Shown one piece after another: positions 56,879-64,000 of a stretch of 64,000 nt of DNA. Under the pieces are notes generated by a model that saw nothing but the letters and a program-made list of their open reading frames with translations, did not search any database and had not been told where the DNA came from. This DNA comes from Chrysomallon squamiferum (lineage: Eukaryota; Animalia; Mollusca): NCBI GenBank assembly GCA_012295275.1, contig CM022678.1:11966001-12030000 (forward strand). Reading direction: 5' to 3'. The position numbers were made by a program, and so were the translations under genes. Position 1 is the stretch's first letter. Each line of letters opens with the position of its first letter.

Positions 56879-59800
56879 AAACTGTTGAACAAAAACAGAA
56901 CAGATACTTTCTTCAAACATTTTTTACTGATCATATTTATATGGTATAGTTGTTGGTATGGAAAAAGTTTAAATGATAATCATTATTATTTAATTGTGTT
57001 TTACAAGAATCTCATTATGGAAAGTTAGAATGTTCAGTCACTAATATCTTGGGAACAATATTTTAGGTTTTTATATAATTTTCACTGCTAAGACAAAGCT
57101 TATCTAGAGAAGTTAAAAACATAAAATGTAAACTTCATGTCAAGCAATCCATTTTGTGCTGGATGGTCACAAATAAATTTTTGTTTTCTACAGCAGAATC
57201 TGAAAACAGGTTGCAGATAACAGAATCCAGCAGATTCTTAGTATTTCACACACACATGGTTCATGCAGTCTGGTGATACATGAAATAATCACTGTTTTCT
57301 ACTAAAGTTAGTCTACATTTGTTTAGTTTTTTATATTATCACTTGGAAGTACATTTTTGCCTCCATTTGTATTCAGTGACCACATTTTGCAGTAGGCTTT
57401 TGGAACTTTATTTATTTCTCTTAAATAAAATGTATTAATAATTCACTGGGAAGGAAAGTGTTTTATTGCTGTTCTCAAATGTCTCAATAAAAATAATGCT
57501 TCCAATTTTTCCAATTACATCAATTTTAGACATTTCCTTTTCACACTGTTCAGTTAATTGATAGAGGTTTGTGGTTGTGACCAAGTACTGCATTTGAAAA
57601 CTGGTTACCACTAGCTGGTCACATTGAAGATCATGAATAGCTACATAAATTCATTGTTTTACTGTTGATTAGAGACTGACAATAAACCACATTTTTTTTG
57701 GGGGGGGGTTTATAAATAAAATGAATTCCGATGGATATGATAAATAACAGTACATAATTACCTCTACAGTAAAGATTACAATTTACAAACCTAAGCAACC
57801 TAGGATCTGAGACTTGAAGTTCCACCGACTTGAAAATAGTAGACTTGATGTGGTAGACAACAAGTAATTGTACACTTTGATTCAGGTAGTAGAAATATCA
57901 TCCTGAATGAAACAATTCAGTGAAAGTCTGTCTCGTGTATCATTGATGTAACTGTGGCAGTCAGATTTCTACATATTTCTTAATAAGTGATTTAAAAAAA
58001 GACTATTTCAATGAACAATAGTATAATATGATGCTACTTTATATTTTCAATTAAGTTGATGCATAATATAGATAAGAAAGTTTTGAAGCAGTAAATTAAT
58101 ATTAGCCTAACAGCAAAAAGTCAACAGGCCTTAATCTGAATCCTTCATACAAAAGAATTATTGGGTCAAGAAACTTGTTTTTGCTGGCATTATCCATGTT
58201 TATAGATGTTAAATAAATAAATTAACTTGCTCTGTCTGTATGTATGTATGTTAGTGCATGCCTCTGGTTGAAGTATTTATGTGAAACAACCGGACATCAT
58301 TGATTTTAATGTTATATTTATTTTGTTGCTGTTTCAGTGTTTTATTAAAAGATATTTTAAATAATTTTAAATGTTTAGACAAATAATTTTAAATTTCTTT
58401 CTTTCTGTATAAATTATTTTCCTTTCACCATCTTCTTACAATAGTTACAGGTATTCTTGACATGTAACTATTCAAGAATTTAAAACAATACAATTTCTTC
58501 ATGTTATTATTATTTTACTTTATTGTAATAAAAATTATTATTCTGATTAATATTAATATTAGTTTCCCTTTCACCATGATTAACACATTATTTTATTATT
58601 CTGTAAAGCAGTTTCAAACTTAAATAAGTGTGTTAAATTCTGCAACTTTTTACCCTATGTTATATTTACATTAAAGATGAGTGCAAATGGTTAATTATAA
58701 AATTGTTTACTTCCTCAAAAATTAAAAACTAAAATGACTCATTTTCATTCCTAAACAAACACAAAATATATATATTTGTTTTTTACTAAAATTTTAGAGT
58801 TGTCCCACAATTAACAGTTGACTCTAAAACACAATATATTATAATTTAGAAAATTCAATTTTCTTTTGAAAAGGAAGTTACTGTCACAAACACAATTAAA
58901 AACATTCTTTTTCTTGGACATGTATGCACTTTTAAATGAGATAATAAGAATAAAAAATAAATAAATAAAAATAAATAGCCATTTATAATGTTATATTTTA
59001 AACCAATTTTAAAAATCTGTATTTCCAAAATACAACATTCATAAATGTTGTGTCGCCAGATGAATTGCTGCTCATTTTACTGTTAGTAGAATAACATTAA
59101 AACTATTGAACAAAAACAGAATAGATACTTTCTTCAAACATTTTTTACTGATCATATTTATATGGTATAGTTGTTGGTATGGAAAAAGTTTAAATGATAA
59201 TCATTATTATTTAATTGTGTTTTACAAGAATCTCATTATGGAAAGTTAGAATGTTCAGTCACTAATATCTTGGGAACAATATTTTAGGTTTTTATATAAT
59301 TTTCACTGCTAAGACAAAGCTTATCTAGAGAAGTTAAAAACATAAAATGTAAACTTCATGTCAAGCAATCCATTTTGTGCTGGATGGTCACAAATAAATT
59401 TTTGTTTTCTACAGCAGAATCTGAAAACAGGTTGCAGATAACAGAATCCAGCAGATTCTTAGTATTTCACACACACATGGTTCATGCAGTCTGGTGATAC
59501 ATGAAATAATCACTGTTTTTTCTACTAAAGTTAGTCTACATTTGTTTAGTTTTTATATTATCACTTGGAAGTACATTTTGCCTCCATTTGTATTCAGTGA
59601 CCACATTTTGCAGTAGGCTTTTGGAACTTTATTTATTTCTCTTAAATAAAATGTATTAATAATTCACTGGGAAGGAAAGTGTTTTATTGCTGTTCTCAAA
59701 TGTCTCAATAAAAATAATGCTTCCAATTTTTCCAATTACATCAATTTTAGACATTTCCTTTTCACACTGTTCAGTTAATTGATAGAGGTTTGTGGTTGTG

Positions 59801-62800
59801 ACCAAGTACTGCATTTGAAAACTGGTTACCACTAGCTGGTCACATTGAAGATCATGAATAGCTACATAAATTCATTGTTTTACTGTTGATTAGAGATTGA
59901 CAATAAACCACATTTTTGGGGGTTTATAAATAAAATGAATTCCGATGGATATGATAAATAACAGTACATAATTACCTCTACAGTAAAGATTACAATTTAC
60001 AAACCTAAGCAACCTAGGATCTGAGACTTGAAGTTCCACCGACTTGAAAATAGTAGACTTGATGTGGTAGACAACAAGTAATTGTACACTTTGATTCAGG
60101 TAGTAGAAATATCATCCTGAATGAAACAATTCAGTGAAAGTCTGTCTCGTGTATCATTGATGTAACTGTGGCAGTCAGATTTCTACATATTTCTTAATAA
60201 GTGATTTTTAAAAAAAGACTATTTCAATGAACAATAGTATAATATGATGCTACTTTATATTTTCAATTAAGTTGATGCATAATATAGATAAGAAAGTTTT
60301 GAAGCAGTAAATTAATATTAGCCTAACAGCAAAAAGTCAACAGGCCTTAATCTGAATCCTTCATACAAAAGAATTATTGGGTCAAGAAACTTGTTTTTGC
60401 TGGCATTATCCATGTTTATAGATGTTAAATAAATAAATTAACTTGCTCTGTCTGTATGTATGTATGTTAGTGCATGCCTCTGGTTGAAGTATTTATGTGA
60501 AACAACCGGACATCATTGATTTTAATGTTATATTTATTTTGTTGCTGTTTCAGTGTTTTATTAAAAGATATTTTAAATAATTTTAAATGTTTAGACAAAT
60601 AATTTTAAATTTCTTTCTTTCTGTATAAATTATTTTCCTTTCACCATCTTCTTACAATAGTTACAGGTATTCTTGACATGTAACTATTCAAGAATTTAAA
60701 ACAATACAATTTCTTCATGTTATTATTATTTTACTTTATTGTAATAAAAATTATTATTCTGATTAATATTAATATTAGTTTCCCTTTCACCATGATTAAC
60801 ACATTATTTTATTATTCTGTAAAGCAGTTTCAAACTTAAATAAGTGTGTTAAATTCTGCAACTTTTTACCCTATGTTATATTTACATTAAAGATGAGTGC
60901 AAATGGTTAATTATAAAATTGTTTACTTCCTCAAAAATTAAAAACTAAAATGACTCATTTTCATTCCTAAACAAACACAAAATATATATATTTGTTTTTT
61001 TACTAAAATTTTAGAGTTGTCCCACAATTAACAGTTGACTCTAAAACACAATATATTATAATTTAGAAAATTCAATTTTCTTTTGAAAAGGAAGTTACTG
61101 TCACAAACACAATTAAAAACATTCTTTTCTTGGACATGTATGCACTTTTAAATGAGATAATAAGAATAAAAAATAAATAAATAAAAATAAATAGCCATTT
61201 ATAATGTTATATTTTAAACCAATTTTAAAAATCTGTATTTCCAAAATACAACATTCATAAATGTTGTGTCATAGATGAATTGCTGCTCATTTTACTGTTA
61301 GTAGAATAACATTAAAACTATTGAACAAAAACAGAATAGATACTTTCTTCAAACATTTTTTACTGATCATATTTATATGGTATAGTTGTTGGTATGGAAA
61401 AAGTTTAAATGATAATCATTATTATTTAATTGTGTTTTACAAGAATCTCATTATGGAAAGTTAGAATGTTCAGTCACTAATATCTTGGGAACAATATTTT
61501 AGGTTTTTATATAATTTTCACTGCTAAGACAAAGCTTATCTAGAGAAGTTAAAACATAAAATGTAAACTTCATGTCAAGCAATCCATTTTGTGCTGGATG
61601 GTCACAAATAAATTTTTGTTTTCTACAGCAGAATCTGAAAACAGGTTGCAGATAACAGAATCCAGCAGATTCTTAGTATTTCACACACACATGGTTCATG
61701 CAGTCTGGTGATACATGAAATAATCACTGTTTTCTACTAAAGTTAGTCTACATTTGTTTAGTTTTTTATATTATCACTTGGAAGTACATTTTTGCCTCCA
61801 TTTGTATTCAGTGACCACATTTTGCAGTAGGCTTTTGGAACTTTATTTATTTCTCTTAAATAAAATGTATTAATAATTCACTGGGAAGGAAAGTGTTTTA
61901 TTGCTGTTCTCAAATGTCTCAATAAAAATAATGCTTCCAATTTTTCCAATTACATCAATTTTAGACATTTCCTTTTCACACTGTTCAGTTAATTGATAGA
62001 GGTTTGTGGTTGTGACCAAGTACTGCATTTGAAAACTGGTTACCACTAGCTGGTCACATTGAAGATCATGAATAGCTACATAAATTCATTGTTTTACTGT
62101 TGATTAGAGATTGACAATAAACCACATTTTTTTGGGGGGGGGTTTATAAATAAAATGAATTCCGATGGATATGATAAATAACAGTACATAATTACCTCTA
62201 CAGTAAAGATTACAATTTACAAACCTAAGCAACCTAGGATCTGAGACTTGAAGTTCCACTGACTTGAAATAGTAGACTTGATGTGGTAGACAACAAGTAA
62301 TTGTACACTTTGATTCAGGTAGTAGAAATATCATCCTGAATGAAACAATTCCAGTGAAAGTCTGTCTCGTGTATCATTGATGTAACTGTGGCAGTCAGAT
62401 TTCTACATATTTCTTAATAAGTGATTTAAAAAAAGACTATTTCAATGAACAATAGTATAATATGATGCTACTTTATATTTTCAATTAAGTTGATGCATAA
62501 TATAGATAAGAAAGTTTTGAAGCAGTAAATTAATATTAGCCTAACAGCAAAAAGTCAACAGGCCTTAATCTGAATCCTTCATACAAAAGAATTATTGGGT
62601 CAAGAAACTTGTTTTTGCTGGCATTATCCATGTTTATAGATGTTAAATAAATAAATTAACTTGCTCTGTCTGTATGTATGTATATTTAATGTGTGTATGT
62701 TAGTGCATGCCTCTGGTTGAAGTATCTATGTGAAACAACCGGACATCATTGATTTTAATGTTATATTTATTTTGTTGCTGTTTCAGTGTTTTATTAAAAG

Positions 62801-63018
62801 ATATTTTAAATAATTTTAAATGTTTAGACAAATAATTTTAAATTTCTTTCTTTCTGTATAAATTATTTTCCTTTCACCATCTTCTTACAATAGTTACAGG
62901 TATTCTTGACATGTAACTATTCAAGAATTTAAAACAATACAATTTCTTCATGTTATTATTATTTTACTTTATTGTAATAAAAATTATTATTCTGATTAAT
63001 ATTAGTATTAATATTAGT
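56879..63018. repeat. ~2.22-kb tandem array (C+B'), 2.8 copies starting at 56879, 59100 and 61315
   Basis: Copies are nearly identical, differing by homopolymer lengths, a few SNPs and an 18-bp extra in copy 3 (~62681). Confidence 0.97.
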
Positions 63019-63690
63019 AAAACTATTTTTTTCAAGAATCTAAATCAAATACAACAAGTTGTAACAAAAAGGGCAGTACCTGATGTAAATGAAGATTTTA
63101 TAACAGAGCTGGGATCCTTCCTCCAGTTTGTTCAGATTGTAGTCAGCCAATGTTTCACCAGAGATCTTCACAGTCTGGTAGACTTGTAGTGTCTCACACC
63201 AGAGAACTGTGTGAAATAACAAAAATATGTGAAATACTGAAATTTAAAAGACAATCACATTTAGCCGTCATCACAGAAGCCATAGAACAAATGTTTATAA
63301 TAATAACAATAATAAAATAAAAATAACAATAATGATGATTAAAACAGATAAATAAATTATATTAATAATAATAATGATGACAGTAAGAAGAAAAACAATA
63401 AACTGAAATCATAAATAAATAAATAATCCATTTAATGAAGGACCCTGTCTAATAATAAAGGTTTTGCATGATTTTATCTTTTCATTTTTCATTATTTTCC
63501 CAAATCCTTGACAATTTTAAGCTACTTAATTATTGCATAAATACAATAAATTCCTTACAAATGTTACAGAGAAATAAAACTTATGCTACATACCATCACA
63601 TCACATCACCAATAGCAGATCAAAATGCTGAAGAAGGATTTCCACTTTCAGCAAGATTTCCACTTTCAGCAGTCAGTTTCTGAAATACTG
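62196..63690 (-). ncRNA. Exon-like segments of a spliced minus-strand transcript (~63690-63590, 63206-63080, 62335-62196); mirrored on + at ~54904-54986 and 55374-55500
   Basis: Good splice signals (CACACAG|, CAG|GTACT, ATG|GTATGT, CATTCAG|, GAG|GTAATT). Coding status unclear. Confidence 0.4.
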
Positions 63691-64000
63691 AACATAGAAA
63701 AAACTGAGTTGTGTAAGCATATAACAAAATACATGCATAAAAATACAGTAAATGGTTACAGTTAAAAACTTTTATCTAATTATATATTTCTCTACATTAA
63801 ATATTTAAATAAACCTTTTTAACAATAAAAAAAATGTCCTGACTATAAGACAATTATCTCTCTATTATTTGAAATTTTAGAGATCATACATTACTTTACT
63901 TTTCATATTAAAGAAACACAGACAAGGAAATTGTAATGCTGTGTAAATGAATAAATATTCATATTATTTAATATATCAATACATTTTCTTTGTGGAAATT

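Larger units (their letters stand above)
54845..63746. repeat. Long inverted repeat: A (54845-~55560) vs A' (63019-63746); B (~55556-56118) vs B' (58562-~59104 and 60778-~61320)
   Basis: Near-identical reverse complements. The ORF track shows mirrored ORFs (55358+/63222- and 55112-/63468+). Confidence 0.97.

Overview
Very AT-rich, microsatellite-dense eukaryotic genomic DNA with GT-AG introns. The repeat landscape and the RING/coiled-coil/NHL gene suggest a mollusc, possibly a cephalopod (inference only). Two genes are well supported: (i) two internal exons of a PRL/PTP4A phosphatase on the minus strand (11197-11067 and 10470-10396, containing HCVAGLGR), whose other exons I could not find, and (ii) a two-coding-exon, ~590-aa TRIM-like RING + coiled-coil + NHL-type gene lacking B-boxes (49185-51335), flanked by two same-orientation LINE 3' fragments. 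Also present: an orphan K/S/P-rich ORF pair split by an (AAAC)4 frameshift (13567-15691), two YY1-motif-started spliced transcription units (one with a 66-aa ORF over three exons), and many mini/microsatellites. The most striking structure is a ~9-kb near-identical inverted-plus-tandem rearrangement, A-B-X-C-B'-C-B'-C-A' (54845-63746), which carries exon-like segments on both strands. Smaller structural signals are a 55-bp-arm hairpin and two hammerhead-ribozyme-like motifs on the minus strand. Most ORFs in the supplied track are microsatellite read-through.
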